A stretch of 61,984 bases of DNA, the filler included, from a candidate division TA06 bacterium SM23_40 (lineage in GTDB: Bacteria > LJUI01 > SM1-40), in the NCBI GenBank assembly GCA_001303705.1. It is 5 parts of 5 records of this genome, joined end to end, with 100 filler letters (N's around TTAATTAATTAA, not from the genome) between each part and the next. Parts side by side here need not be neighbours in the genome. Positions count along the whole stretch, not along the records: positions 22,937 to 34,057 come from LJUI01000080.1; 4 more parts are not named here. One strand, written 5' to 3'. The notes under the pieces are model-generated. The model worked only from the letters and a program-made list of their open reading frames with translations, ran no database searches and was not told the origin of the DNA. Of this stretch, positions 23,048-32,724 are shown in pieces. The position numbers and the translations under genes were made by a program. Positions within the stretch are counted from its first letter, which is position 1, and each line of letters begins with the position of its first letter.

Positions 23048-25468
23048 CTAGCCTCGATCAGTGGCCACCGGAAGGAAGACCGACACGGTCGTCCCCACTC
23101 CCACGGAGCTCTCCACCCGGGCGAACCCGCCGTGAGTCTTGAGGACCCGATCCGCCCCAGCCAGCCCAAGACCAGTGCCGCACTCTTTCGTGGTGTAGAA
23201 TGGGGTGAATATCTTGGAGATGTCTTTGGAGGGAATGCCGACGCCGGTGTCGCAGATATCGATGCGCACATAGCTGCCGGTCATCGCTTCACTCCGCACC
23301 CGCTGCCCGACCGGCGCTGCACTTGCTGTTGCAGCGTCGAAACCCTCCTGTACCGTCCAGACGGTGGCCGCCTCATCCCGCCTGGAAGCGGTGATGTCGT
23401 CGGCGCTCGCTCTGCCAGCGTACGCAATCAGTTCGCCGCCGTCCGGCATCGCCTGAATTGCGTTGATGATGATATTGAGCAGCACTCCGACGATCTGCGC
23501 CTCATTCATCATCACCATGTGGAGATCCTCTCGGAAATCCCTGTGCACGAGGATCTTCCGCTCCTCCAGTTCATCTGCCACCAGAGAGAGTGCCTGCTCG
23601 ACGGCGGCCCGTACGTCGCCGCGGTGCATTGCATAACGATGTGGCTTGGCATATTGCAGTAGCTCGTCGACGAGGCCGTTCAGTCTCACCACCTCGTCCG
23701 AAAGGATCCGCAGAGACTCCTCACGACGCCCTTCGATATGCCACTCCCTCTCAAGGAGACGGAGGTAGTTCTTCATGATCGTCATCGGGTGCCGGAGATC
23801 GTGGGCAATCTCGGAGACCATCTCTCCCATTGTTGCCAGCTGACGGGCCTTCGAGATCTCACTCGATTGCTCGTACAGCGATACGGCCTGGGAGGCCACG
23901 ATCGAGAGGAGCTGACGGTTTTCGTCGGAGAATGCCCGCGGATCCGAACTTCCCACCCAGAAGATCCCACGCAGCCGACCCTGTACCACTACGGGTGCGG
24001 CCACAAATGATCGCAGCCCGGGATCTTCCCCTGCCGCTTCCTGCAACAGATGCTCCACCTTGAGCGTGACGGGCGAACGAGCCGATCCGCCCCGCATCCT
24101 GTTGAAGAATTCACAACAGGAACAATCCTTGACGCACCCCACACCCTCGGCGGGGACGGCACCGATCCACCTCGGTCGTGCAACAAGCCAACAGGCCCGG
24201 CCCAGCCGGAGCCTGAACGCGGGGCAGTGCTCCCGCCTGTTCGAAGTGCACCCCATCTCCTCCCAGCAGTTAGCGCCGAGATCGCCCCGGTCCTCCATCT
24301 CCAGCGTCAGACCTTCAATCTGGCGCAGCGAACGCTGCGAGACACCGCGCGCAAACTCGGTCTCCAATCGATCCGTCTCCTCATCCCAGGCCAGCCACAT
24401 GCACTGCTCCACGGGAGCAATTTGTTCCAGGCCGGCCACAATGATGTCGATCGTCTTCTCCAGCGTATCGACCGACCCGATGGCGCACGCGATCTGGTAC
24501 AGCGCCGAGAGCTCGGTCAACCTCCGATTCATGGCGGCGAAGAGTTCCGCACGCTCCACAGCCATGGCCGCCTGAGCGGCGAAGGTCGTCAGCATCCTCA
24601 GATCGTCTTGTGTGAACGAACCCCCGGAAACCTTGTCCGACATGTTGAGGACGCCGAGCACGCGATCCCCAACCCGGAGGGGTACGGACATGAGAGACCG
24701 AGTCTCATACCGAGGTCGATTCTTCCGCCCGAATCGTGCATCAGTCTCCACATCCTCAATCAGCAGGGGCGTGTTCGCATCCGCTACATACCCCGCAATC
24801 CCCTCACCAGGGCGCACTATCGTCTCCCGCACCGTCTCATCATCGAGTCCGACGGCGGCCCGGATCATCAGTCTCTCGCCAGGCTCATCGAGCAGCATCA
24901 CTGACCCCATCCGTGCTGATACCACGCTCGCTGCAAGGTCGACGACGTTCGCCAGGAGGCGGTCGACATCGAGTGTAGATATCAGGGCCGCGCCGGCCCG
25001 GTGCAGGGCATCGAGATCGGTGAGCTTCTCCGCCAGCTCAACGTTCCTGGTCTCAAGAGCGCCGAGTAGCTCCTTCTCCCGGGCCTCGGCACGCCTCACC
25101 TCCACTGCACGCTCTACAGCAGTCAATACATCGCGAATCGCAACAGGCTTCACAAGGTAGTCGAACGCCCCCTTCTGCACAGCCCGAATCGCTGATCCGA
25201 GGGAGGCGTACCCGGTAACGATAATAACCCGTAGCCGAGGATCGGTACGGGCGATGTGGTCAAGGAGGCCGAGCCCGTCGGTCCCCTCCAGTTTCAGATC
25301 GGTGAGGACGACGTCGAACGCACGGGTGTGGAGCAGCTCGATCGCGCTGCCCGCATCGCCGACCGTCGAGACCTCGTACCCTTCATCTTCGAGGATCCCG
25401 CCCAGGCTCTCGCAACTGGCCGGGTCATCGTCCACGAGAAGAACCCTACCCGCATGCTCTTGCTCCAT
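23048..25468 (-). CDS. Cytoplasmic hybrid sensor kinase: receiver-GAF-GAF(with Cys-rich insert)-HisKA-HATPase
   Basis: VLLVDDD...VLTDLKL...YLVKP receiver; GAF motifs; EIAHDLRHP H-box; NAIQAM, DTGVGI, FTPFYTTK, GTGLGL; SD GGAGG before ATG 25468. Confidence 0.92.
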   Translation of the reverse strand: MEQEHAGRVLLVDDDPASCESLGGILEDEGYEVSTVGDAGSAIELLHTRAFDVVLTDLKLEGTDGLGLLDHIARTDPRLRVIIVTGYASLGSAIRAVQKGAFDYLVKPVAIRDVLTAVERAVEVRRAEAREKELLGALETRNVELAEKLTDLDALHRAGAALISTLDVDRLLANVVDLAASVVSARMGSVMLLDEPGERLMIRAAVGLDDETVRETIVRPGEGIAGYVADANTPLLIEDVETDARFGRKNRPRYETRSLMSVPLRVGDRVLGVLNMSDKVSGGSFTQDDLRMLTTFAAQAAMAVERAELFAAMNRRLTELSALYQIACAIGSVDTLEKTIDIIVAGLEQIAPVEQCMWLAWDEETDRLETEFARGVSQRSLRQIEGLTLEMEDRGDLGANCWEEMGCTSNRREHCPAFRLRLGRACWLVARPRWIGAVPAEGVGCVKDCSCCEFFNRMRGGSARSPVTLKVEHLLQEAAGEDPGLRSFVAAPVVVQGRLRGIFWVGSSDPRAFSDENRQLLSIVASQAVSLYEQSSEISKARQLATMGEMVSEIAHDLRHPMTIMKNYLRLLEREWHIEGRREESLRILSDEVVRLNGLVDELLQYAKPHRYAMHRGDVRAAVEQALSLVADELEERKILVHRDFREDLHMVMMNEAQIVGVLLNIIINAIQAMPDGGELIAYAGRASADDITASRRDEAATVWTVQEGFDAATASAAPVGQRVRSEAMTGSYVRIDICDTGVGIPSKDISKIFTPFYTTKECGTGLGLAGADRVLKTHGGFARVESSVGVGTTVSVFLPVATDRG

Positions 25469-25515
25469 CTTTCCTCCATTGATGGCATGATGCACGGAGG
25501 ACAAGGCCCATGCAC

Positions 25516-25544
25516 ATAGTAACCAGAGTCTCTCCGCCTGTCAA
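25516..25544 (-). promoter_or_regulatory. Candidate sigma70 promoter for the sensor kinase
   Basis: Minus strand TTGACA-N17-TACTAT. Confidence 0.65.
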
Positions 25545-25754
25545 TATCGAAATGCCTCCGGATTTGATGATCCATATCTATTAAGAATACAGTGCCTTAT
25601 ATGATCGAGTTAATGCTGATCATCAACTATCGGCCCGGGCGGTATGTCGGGCGGCTGCAGATTTTCGGAAGGGAAACGCATACCGGCCGGCTCTTGCCCG
25701 GCGCGCTGTCGAGGACGAGGATCCGGGCGAAATAGAGGCCGAAGAAACATCTAC

Positions 25755-25783
25755 TTGACGAACCCCCTCTGGTATGGTAGGAT
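25755..25783 (+). promoter_or_regulatory. Candidate sigma70 promoter for the small MshEN-like gene
   Basis: TTGACG-N17-TAGGAT with extended -10 TG. Confidence 0.55.
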
Positions 25784-25873
25784 ACAGCCAACAACTCTCG
25801 TGGCACAGGATCAGGCTTCAGAGACTATCTCTCACAGTGCCGCTATTACAGCACCAGATCGGGGGTGAGGATC

Positions 25874-26080
25874 GTGGCGATTAGGAGGAAGTTGCTGGGA
25901 GACATCCTGGTCTCTACGGGTGCCGTCCAGGTCGGGGATCTGACCATGGCCCTTGAGACGCAGAAGGCAATGCGCTCTCAGGGGGTCGAGATGAGAATCG
26001 GCGCAATACTTCTCGAGGCCGGGCACATCAAACGCCATCAGCTCGACGAAGCGCTCCGCCTCCAGGGTACCGTGGCATAG
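25874..26080 (+). CDS. Stand-alone MshEN-like (c-di-GMP-binding motif) small protein
   Basis: Two tandem 24-aa motifs LLGDILVSTGAVQVGDLTMALETQ and RIGAILLEAGHIKRHQLDEALRLQ; SD-like GGGGTGAGG before GTG 25874. Confidence 0.75.
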   Translation: MAIRRKLLGDILVSTGAVQVGDLTMALETQKAMRSQGVEMRIGAILLEAGHIKRHQLDEALRLQGTVA

Positions 26081-26158
26081 GCGAGATCAAGGGGTGAATG
26101 GCCTGTTCTGTACGCGGGGAGGAGAGCGCCCCTGACTGCGGATCGGGATCTCGGCAGG

Positions 26159-27190
26159 TCAACGGAGGACTACCTGCCCATCCCCTTCGGTTATCCGTCC
26201 GATGACCTGAGCCCGTTCGCCGTGCCGCTCAAGTTCGGCGCACACCAGAGGTACCTTCTCCGGCTCCACGGTGAGCACAAATCCGATACCCATATTGAAG
26301 ACCCGGAACATCTCCTCTTTTTCGACCGGACCATGCTCCGCGAGAAAGGAGAAGATCTTCGGGGTCTCCCATGAATTGGTGTCCAACTCCGCGCTCAGAC
26401 CCGAGGGGAGAACCCTGGGGAGGTTCTCTACCAGACCGCCGCCGGTGATGTGAGCCATCCCGCTGACCATCCCCCTGTCGAGAAGCCCCAGGACAGAATC
26501 CCCGTACCAGCGATGGATCTTGAGCAGTTCCTCCTTCACCGAGCAGTCCCAGCCCTCAGGCACATCGTCAAGACCGAGTCTCTGACGCTCAAACAGTATC
26601 GCCCGGGCGAGCGAGTATCCATTGGTGTGCAGGCCGTTGGAGGCGAGCCCGATCACCTTGTGCCCACTGCGGATAGCAGTGCCATCGATGATCTTCCTAC
26701 CGTCCACGATGCCCACTATGAATCCGACGAGGTCGTAATCCTTCCCCTGGTAGAATCCAGGCATCTCGGCCGTCTCGCCGCCGATCAATGCACACCCGAC
26801 GGTCTGACATCCCGTGACAAAGCCCCTCAGTACGCCCGCCGTCGTCTCTTCGTCCAGCTTCCCGCTCGCCACATAGTCCAGAAAGAAGAGCGGGCGGGCA
26901 CCGTGGACAAGGATGTCATTCGCGCAGTGATGAACGAGATCCTGCCCCACGGTATTGTGAATACGGGCAGCGAAGGCGACCCTCAGCTTCGTCCCCACAC
27001 CATCGACGCTGGCGGCGAGAACAGGAACCTCGAGGTCGCCAAGATCTGCACGATACAGACCGGCGAAGCGGCCGACGGCTCCGAGGACTCGATCATCGAA
27101 TGTCTTCGCTATCTCCGCCTTCATGCGGGCCATCGCCGCATGCACGGTATCGCGGTCAACACCAGCATCCCGGTACCGCAGTTCCCTCAT
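26159..27190 (-). CDS. purM: Phosphoribosylformylglycinamidine cyclo-ligase (AIR synthetase)
   Basis: YRDAGVD, DGVGTKL, GGETAEMPG, SNGLHTNGYSL, HITGGG, FNMGIG. Confidence 0.96.
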   Translation of the reverse strand: MRELRYRDAGVDRDTVHAAMARMKAEIAKTFDDRVLGAVGRFAGLYRADLGDLEVPVLAASVDGVGTKLRVAFAARIHNTVGQDLVHHCANDILVHGARPLFFLDYVASGKLDEETTAGVLRGFVTGCQTVGCALIGGETAEMPGFYQGKDYDLVGFIVGIVDGRKIIDGTAIRSGHKVIGLASNGLHTNGYSLARAILFERQRLGLDDVPEGWDCSVKEELLKIHRWYGDSVLGLLDRGMVSGMAHITGGGLVENLPRVLPSGLSAELDTNSWETPKIFSFLAEHGPVEKEEMFRVFNMGIGFVLTVEPEKVPLVCAELERHGERAQVIGRITEGDGQVVLR

Positions 27191-27301
27191 GATCATCCTC
27201 CCCATTCCCAGGGATGGAGCCAAAAAAAGGAGTCCCTCGGGTGAGGCCATACGCGGCGGCCGCCGCTGCTCACGCGAGGAATTGCCGGAACTACGATATG
27301 C

Positions 27302-27970
27302 TCATTCGCTCGATTTGACTGTGAGGACCCCCATGTATCTGTTCACAGCATCGAGTGTCGCCGAAGCCGATGCCTCATGAGGATCGCGACGTACGATCGA
27401 TGCCCCGACGAGATCCATCCTGGCCCGCGGCAGTATGATGGTGAGCGGCACCACAACGACCTTCTGGCTCCCCATGGTGAGGGACGCCACATCGTTGATG
27501 ACGAAACAGCACTCCTCAGTAAGATATCCCTTGAGTGCCGCAGCGGTGGCATGTGCAGTCAGCTTCAGGATGGTTTCCCCGTCGCTCGGCCCCGTGGTGG
27601 TGGCGACAGACTCCTTCCCATTGAACAGAAGCCGCACCTGCACCCGACAGATCAGACCTGACATCCAGAGCTCGACATTGCCGAGCTCGACCCTGCCCAC
27701 GCCCGGGAGAGCGCGGACCTTGCCATCCCTCGGCCCGACCTGGGCGACGCTCACGATCCTGTGATTTATGCGCAATCCCAGCTGCGTGAGAAGAGCAGAT
27801 TCGACATCCCGCACGATCTGCTTGGGGGGCCGATCGACTCCGGAGAGGATGTGTATCTCCTTCAGATCACCGTCGTTATCAACGACAACACGAGCTTCTA
27901 CCACGTCGCTCAACTGGCAGATAGCTCGCTCAATATCCCCTGCATCGAGCTCGATGCGTTCGTCGGACAT
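27302..27970 (-). CDS. Conserved hypothetical protein
   Basis: SD GAGGAG; ORF co-oriented with argS and purM; EIHIL...PKQIVRDVES...ATLDAVNR; candidate promoter TTGACA-N17-TAGAGT at 28084-28056. Confidence 0.7.
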   Translation of the reverse strand: MSDERIELDAGDIERAICQLSDVVEARVVVDNDGDLKEIHILSGVDRPPKQIVRDVESALLTQLGLRINHRIVSVAQVGPRDGKVRALPGVGRVELGNVELWMSGLICRVQVRLLFNGKESVATTTGPSDGETILKLTAHATAAALKGYLTEECCFVINDVASLTMGSQKVVVVPLTIILPRARMDLVGASIVRRDPHEASASATLDAVNRYMGVLTVKSSE

Positions 27971-28103
27971 CAGGGCACCGCTCCTCTGGAATAGCCGACC
28001 GTACCTCCGCTCCCGCCCAACTACCGATAGAACTGCCGCGCGATCCCATCGGGGCACTCTACCACACTACCCTCAGCTTGTCAAGAAATGTTTGCCCGCC
28101 GCG

Positions 28104-29747
28104 TCACATCGACTCTGGAGCGCTGACGCCGATGAGCGAAAGCCCGTTCCGCAACACCTGAGCGACACACTTCACGAGCACCACCCTGGCCTGGGTGAGC
28201 AGAGCTTCGTCCGTCACGACCCGGTGGCGATGATAGTAGTTGTGAAAGTGAGCTGCCAGGTCCATGAGGTAGAAGGGAATCCGGTGAGGCTCGAGCGTCT
28301 CCGCGCTCCTCCTCACTATGTCGGGGAACCGGGCCATCCATTTGATCAGGATCGTCTCCTCGGGCTCGGTCAGCAGGGAAAGGTCCGCGCTCGATCCAGG
28401 CACTACCTCCACGCCGACTCTCCCCGCATGTTGTAGGATGGACGATATGCGCGCATGTGCGTATTGCACATAGTAGACGGGGTTTTCGTCAGATTCCCTT
28501 TTCGCCAGCTCGATATCGAAGTCCAGATGGGCGCTCGCCTTGCGCAGCAGAAAAAAGAACTTGACGGCATCTACCCCGACTTCGTCTATGAGCTCATCGA
28601 GGGTGACGAATGCCGCCTTCCTGGTGGACATCCGTATGCGCTTCCCCTCGCTCACCAGGGTCACGAATTGATGGAGGAGAACCTTCACCCGCTCCGCATC
28701 GAGATCGAGTGCCCTGATACCGGCAAGCACGTAGGGAACCTGACCGTGGTGATCTGCTCCCAGCACGTCGATCATCGTGCTGAATCCGCGGTTGTATTTC
28801 TCCCGGTGATAGGCGATATCCGGCAGCAGATAGGTCGGTTCGCCGGTCCCTTTGACTACCACCCGATCGTTCTCTTCACCGAGGTCCGTAGCCTTGAACC
28901 AGAGCGCACCATCTTTCTCATAGGTCAGGTCCTTGCCTGCCAGCTCGTTCAGCACCTCAGTAAGCTTCCCCGAGTCGTGAAGAGAGTTCTCGTTGTAGAA
29001 CACGTCGAAGACGATCCCGAGCCTCGCCAGTGTGCTCCTGATATTGCGGAATATCGCTGCCTCGGCGTCTCTCTTGAACAGCTCGAGATCGCCATCCGTA
29101 AGATGACCGCCCCGCTGCCCCCGGATCTCCCGTGCTATGTCGACGATGTACTCTCCTTCGTATCCACCTTCCGGGAAGACCGCCTCCTCCCCCATCACTT
29201 GACGATATCGACAGTACACGGATTCGGCCAGGAGACGCATCTGGGCGCCCATGTTGTTGAAGTAGTACTCCCTGGTAACATCGTACCCGCACCGCTCAAG
29301 TATGCAAGCGAGCGACTCCCCGAGCACAGCCTGGCGCCCGTGCCCCACGGTGAGCGGGCCCGTGGGGTTCGAACTGACATACTCGAGCAACACCGTCGTT
29401 CCTCGACCGAAGTCCCACGCTCCGTAGCCCTCACCTTCGCGGTCGATCGTCTTCACCAGCTCACTGAGCCACGAACGATCGAGAAAGAGATTGACGAATC
29501 CAGCCCCGGCCGCCTCCGCCCGCGCGACCGGATTGCGCCCGGTGGCAAACGTCGCTATTCTGGAAGCTGCCTCGCGCGGCGTCAACCCCAGTCCGGGGGC
29601 AATAAGAAACGCGACGTTCGTCGTGAAGTCCCCGTGCTCTTCCACCCTGGAGACGTCGATGTCGAACGGCGGCACATCCTCAGCTGCGATCCCCAGTTGA
29701 CAGATCGCGTCGAAGACTATCTCTCTCAGTGCAGTCTTGACGGCCAT
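28104..29747 (-). CDS. argS: Arginine--tRNA ligase
   Basis: EYVSSNPTGPLTVGHGR, GADHHG, MSTRK, NPVYYVQYAHARI, APESM terminus. Confidence 0.97.
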   Translation of the reverse strand: MAVKTALREIVFDAICQLGIAAEDVPPFDIDVSRVEEHGDFTTNVAFLIAPGLGLTPREAASRIATFATGRNPVARAEAAGAGFVNLFLDRSWLSELVKTIDREGEGYGAWDFGRGTTVLLEYVSSNPTGPLTVGHGRQAVLGESLACILERCGYDVTREYYFNNMGAQMRLLAESVYCRYRQVMGEEAVFPEGGYEGEYIVDIAREIRGQRGGHLTDGDLELFKRDAEAAIFRNIRSTLARLGIVFDVFYNENSLHDSGKLTEVLNELAGKDLTYEKDGALWFKATDLGEENDRVVVKGTGEPTYLLPDIAYHREKYNRGFSTMIDVLGADHHGQVPYVLAGIRALDLDAERVKVLLHQFVTLVSEGKRIRMSTRKAAFVTLDELIDEVGVDAVKFFFLLRKASAHLDFDIELAKRESDENPVYYVQYAHARISSILQHAGRVGVEVVPGSSADLSLLTEPEETILIKWMARFPDIVRRSAETLEPHRIPFYLMDLAAHFHNYYHRHRVVTDEALLTQARVVLVKCVAQVLRNGLSLIGVSAPESM

Positions 29748-29796
29748 GAAAGCGATTTCCCCTCTGCGCCCCCGGGCCGCTCACTCCACCACCGGG

Positions 29797-30144
29797 CTAA
29801 ACGATCTCCTCCCGGGCCGCATCCCCCCACAGTCTCTCGAGTGCGTAGAAGCCACGTGCATCTGATCGAAAGATGTGAACGACGAAGTCGACATAATCGA
29901 GAAGGACCCAGCGTCCATACCTGTACCCTTCGACGTGCCAGGCCGTGACGCCTCGCTCGCCGAGTCCGTCGACGATCGCATCGGCGATCGCTCGCACCTG
30001 GATGTCAGATCCCCCGGTCGCAATGACAAAGAAGTCGACGAGCGGAGACAGCTTCCGGAGGTCGAGGACAACGACATCCTGGGCCTTCTTGGACAGAGCT
30101 AACGTACCGGCCAGTCTTGCTGCCTCCTGTGGTGTTTCTCCCAA
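29797..30144 (-). CDS. rsfS: Ribosome silencing factor (start approximate)
   Basis: KKAQDVVVLDL...DFFVIATG...WVLLDYVDFVVHIF...FYALERLWGD. Confidence 0.93.
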   Translation of the reverse strand: MGETPQEAARLAGTLALSKKAQDVVVLDLRKLSPLVDFFVIATGGSDIQVRAIADAIVDGLGERGVTAWHVEGYRYGRWVLLDYVDFVVHIFRSDARGFYALERLWGDAAREEIV

Positions 30145-30190
30145 ACAGATCCCCCTGCGGAATGCCATAGTGAAACGGAGCGGAGGGCCG

Positions 30191-30655
30191 CTAGCGATGG
30201 GGCTCCTCGTCGAAGAACTCGCGGAAGTCCCGGCCCACAATGAGAGTCACATCGATGTACCGTAATGAATCAATATCCTGGACGACACGCGGGCATCCGA
30301 TTGTGCGTGCGAGTCTCCTCGCGTGAAGCAGATCAGGGGAGAGGCGCTCCACAACCACAGTCTTCTCGAAGTCAGGCCGCTCTGCATTGCCGATCGCGAC
30401 GACATCGAACCCCCTCCCCCGCAGAATGCCGGCTACCCTCCGGGCCATTCCATCCTCACCCGAGCCGTTCAACACCTCGACACGCATCGATTTCGGGTCC
30501 GGCAGTCTCGTCCCGACCCGCGGAAGCTGGCGGAACGCAAATGACATGAGGAGTATCGCCAGGAGGGTCATGACCATCGCGGTCACGAACGTGCTGACGA
30601 TGAGCCTTCCCGTTCCCTGCTTTCTGCTCTTCTTTCCCATCACTCGACCCATCAC
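30191..30655 (-). CDS. Membrane-anchored LytR C-terminal-domain protein
   Basis: One TM helix, then VEVLNGSG..GMA...GF.V..IGNA...DVTLIVGRDF. Confidence 0.85.
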   Translation of the reverse strand: MMGRVMGKKSRKQGTGRLIVSTFVTAMVMTLLAILLMSFAFRQLPRVGTRLPDPKSMRVEVLNGSGEDGMARRVAGILRGRGFDVVAIGNAERPDFEKTVVVERLSPDLLHARRLARTIGCPRVVQDIDSLRYIDVTLIVGRDFREFFDEEPHR

Positions 30656-30728
30656 GTCACGGTCTGTTATGTTCCGGTGACATCCGGGTTCGTGTCAGGC
30701 GGAGAATGCTCTGGCTCCGCGAGACCTC

Positions 30729-31487
30729 TCATCGATATTTCCTGGATGCCCCCACACGTGATCGCAGAATCGCCTCTGCCTCAGCGAGTTGCTCCGGCGT
30801 GTTGATGCCTGATATCTCAGCGGCATCCTCGGTGCGGACGGCGGCAACTCGTTCCCCATCCTCCACGAATAGACCGATTGCGTCCGTCAGGTAGTATTCC
30901 TCCTGGCGGTTGTCCGGCCGGATCCTCTCGAGCACCGAGAAGAGCTTACGAGAGTCGAAGACATAAATGCCCGAGTTGATCTCCTTTGTCAGACGCACTT
31001 CTTCGGACGCGTCGGCATCTTCAACGATGGCCGACACCTCACCGCTTTCACCCCTCAGTACACGTCCGTAGCCCTCCGGGTGATCAACCTCTGCAGTCAG
31101 CACCGTTGCCGCGGCCCCAGTCTGACTGTGCGCGTCGAGCAGTAGTTCGAGCGTGCCGATGCGGAGGAGCGGCACGTCCCCGTACAGCACGAGCAATCCC
31201 CCATCGAAGGAGCCCAACGCCTCCCTGGCGACCGATACTGCGTGTCCCGTCCCCAGTTGCTCTTCCTGCTCGACGAACTCGACCGGATGACCTGCACACG
31301 CATCCCTCACGCGGTCGGCCTGATGTCCGATGACGACGACGGTGCGCTGGAGATCGATCTGCTCCACCGTGCGAAGAAGGTGGAGCAGCATCGGTTCGCC
31401 GCAGAGCTCATGGAGCACCTTGGCCAGCGTGGACTTGAACCGCGTCCCCTCCCCGGCAGCCAGTATCAGAGCGGCCCGATGACTCAT
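30729..31487 (-). CDS. GlmU-like nucleotidyltransferase, N-terminal (uridyltransferase) domain only
   Basis: ILAAGEGTRFKS, QLGTGHAV, YGDVPL, GYGRV, EINSGIY, EYYLTD, GINT; ends at 252 aa with no hexapeptide repeats. Confidence 0.88.
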   Translation of the reverse strand: MSHRAALILAAGEGTRFKSTLAKVLHELCGEPMLLHLLRTVEQIDLQRTVVVIGHQADRVRDACAGHPVEFVEQEEQLGTGHAVSVAREALGSFDGGLLVLYGDVPLLRIGTLELLLDAHSQTGAAATVLTAEVDHPEGYGRVLRGESGEVSAIVEDADASEEVRLTKEINSGIYVFDSRKLFSVLERIRPDNRQEEYYLTDAIGLFVEDGERVAAVRTEDAAEISGINTPEQLAEAEAILRSRVGASRKYR

Positions 31488-31489
31488 CG

Positions 31490-31840
31490 CTACTCCCTGA
31501 CTCTGTTGTCCGGACCGACGATGATCTTCCTCGTCGTGTAGTTCCGAGCATCGACCGTATCCATGAGAGCGCTCGACATCACGATCAGCTCATCTCCCAC
31601 CTCACCCAGACGAGCAGCTCCCCCATTGAGATATACCACGCCGGAGCCGCGCTCTCCCTTAATGATGTAGGTTTCGAACCGTACTCCGCTGTTCAGGTTG
31701 ATCACCTGAACCATCTCGTTCGGGAGAATATCCGACGCAAGGAGGAGGTCTTCGTCGATCGTAATGCTGCCTTCGTATTCCAGGTTCTTCCCCGTGACAT
31801 GCAGACCATGGAGCTTCGACTTGCAGATGATGCGTTGCAT
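31490..31840 (-). CDS. panD: Aspartate 1-decarboxylase
   Basis: KSKLH, YEGSITID (Gly-Ser cleavage site), RFETY, LNGGAAR. Confidence 0.95.
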   Translation of the reverse strand: MQRIICKSKLHGLHVTGKNLEYEGSITIDEDLLLASDILPNEMVQVINLNSGVRFETYIIKGERGSGVVYLNGGAARLGEVGDELIVMSSALMDTVDARNYTTRKIIVGPDNRVRE

Positions 31841-32724
31841 CAGCCCTTCCCTTTCTTGTTCTCGATCGTAAAGACCATATTGTCGATCAGTCTGGCTTTG
31901 CCGAACCAGACCGCGAGTGCAATGAGTACCTCGCCATCGAGACGCGTGACTTCCTTAAGCGTCTCGGAGTCGACAATCGAGATATAGTCGACGCGAGCAG
32001 CTGGTTGGCTCTCTATCATCTGACGCATAGCGGCGACGATGGCCGCGACGTCTCTCTCGCCCGCTTCGATCATCTTCTTTGCCGTGACAAGACTCCGGTA
32101 GAGCGCAGAGGCTTGAACGCGCTCATCACCCGAGAGATACATGTTACGTGAGCTGACGGCGACACCGTTCTTCTCTCGTACGGTCGGTCCGATCACGATC
32201 TCGACATCCATGTCGAGATCCTTCACCATCCTGCGTATGATGACGCTCTGCTGGGCATCCTTCTGGCCAAATACGGCACACTGAGGCTGGACGATATTGA
32301 GGAGCTTCGCCACCACAGTCGCCACGCCCCGGAAATGTCCGGGACGACGCTCTCCACACAAGAGATCACTCAATCCCTCCACATAGACGTACGTGGCGTA
32401 TCCTTCTGGATACATCTCCCCTCCATCGGGCACGAAGAGTACGTCACATCCGGCTTCCCGCGCGAGGACTGCGTCTCGCTCGAGGTCCCGGGGATAGCGC
32501 TCGAAGTCCTCCTCAGGGCCGAATTGCGTCGGATTGACGAAAATCGATACAACAACCAGATCAGTGCATTCCCTCGCTAGGCCGATGAGGCTTGTGTGTC
32601 CTTCGTGGAGCCAGCCCATTGTGGGCACAAATCCGATCCTCTGGCCGTTTGCTCTCGCTCTCCCGGCCACCTCCCTCATCGCGCCTATTGCCCGTATGAT
32701 CTCCACTGCTCGCCCCTCGCTCAT
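31840..32724 (-). CDS. panC: Pantoate--beta-alanine ligase
   Basis: FVPTMGWLHEGH, SIFVNPTQF, RPGHFRGV, FGQKDAQQ, SSRN, RLIDN. Confidence 0.96.
   Translation of the reverse strand: MSEGRAVEIIRAIGAMREVAGRARANGQRIGFVPTMGWLHEGHTSLIGLARECTDLVVVSIFVNPTQFGPEEDFERYPRDLERDAVLAREAGCDVLFVPDGGEMYPEGYATYVYVEGLSDLLCGERRPGHFRGVATVVAKLLNIVQPQCAVFGQKDAQQSVIIRRMVKDLDMDVEIVIGPTVREKNGVAVSSRNMYLSGDERVQASALYRSLVTAKKMIEAGERDVAAIVAAMRQMIESQPAARVDYISIVDSETLKEVTRLDGEVLIALAVWFGKARLIDNMVFTIENKKGKG

Noticed and set aside
28455-29948. 497-aa + strand ORF (and similar long antisense ORFs at 45999-47048 and 48840-49991)
   Set aside because: Shadow frames of real genes in high-GC DNA, with no recognisable motifs
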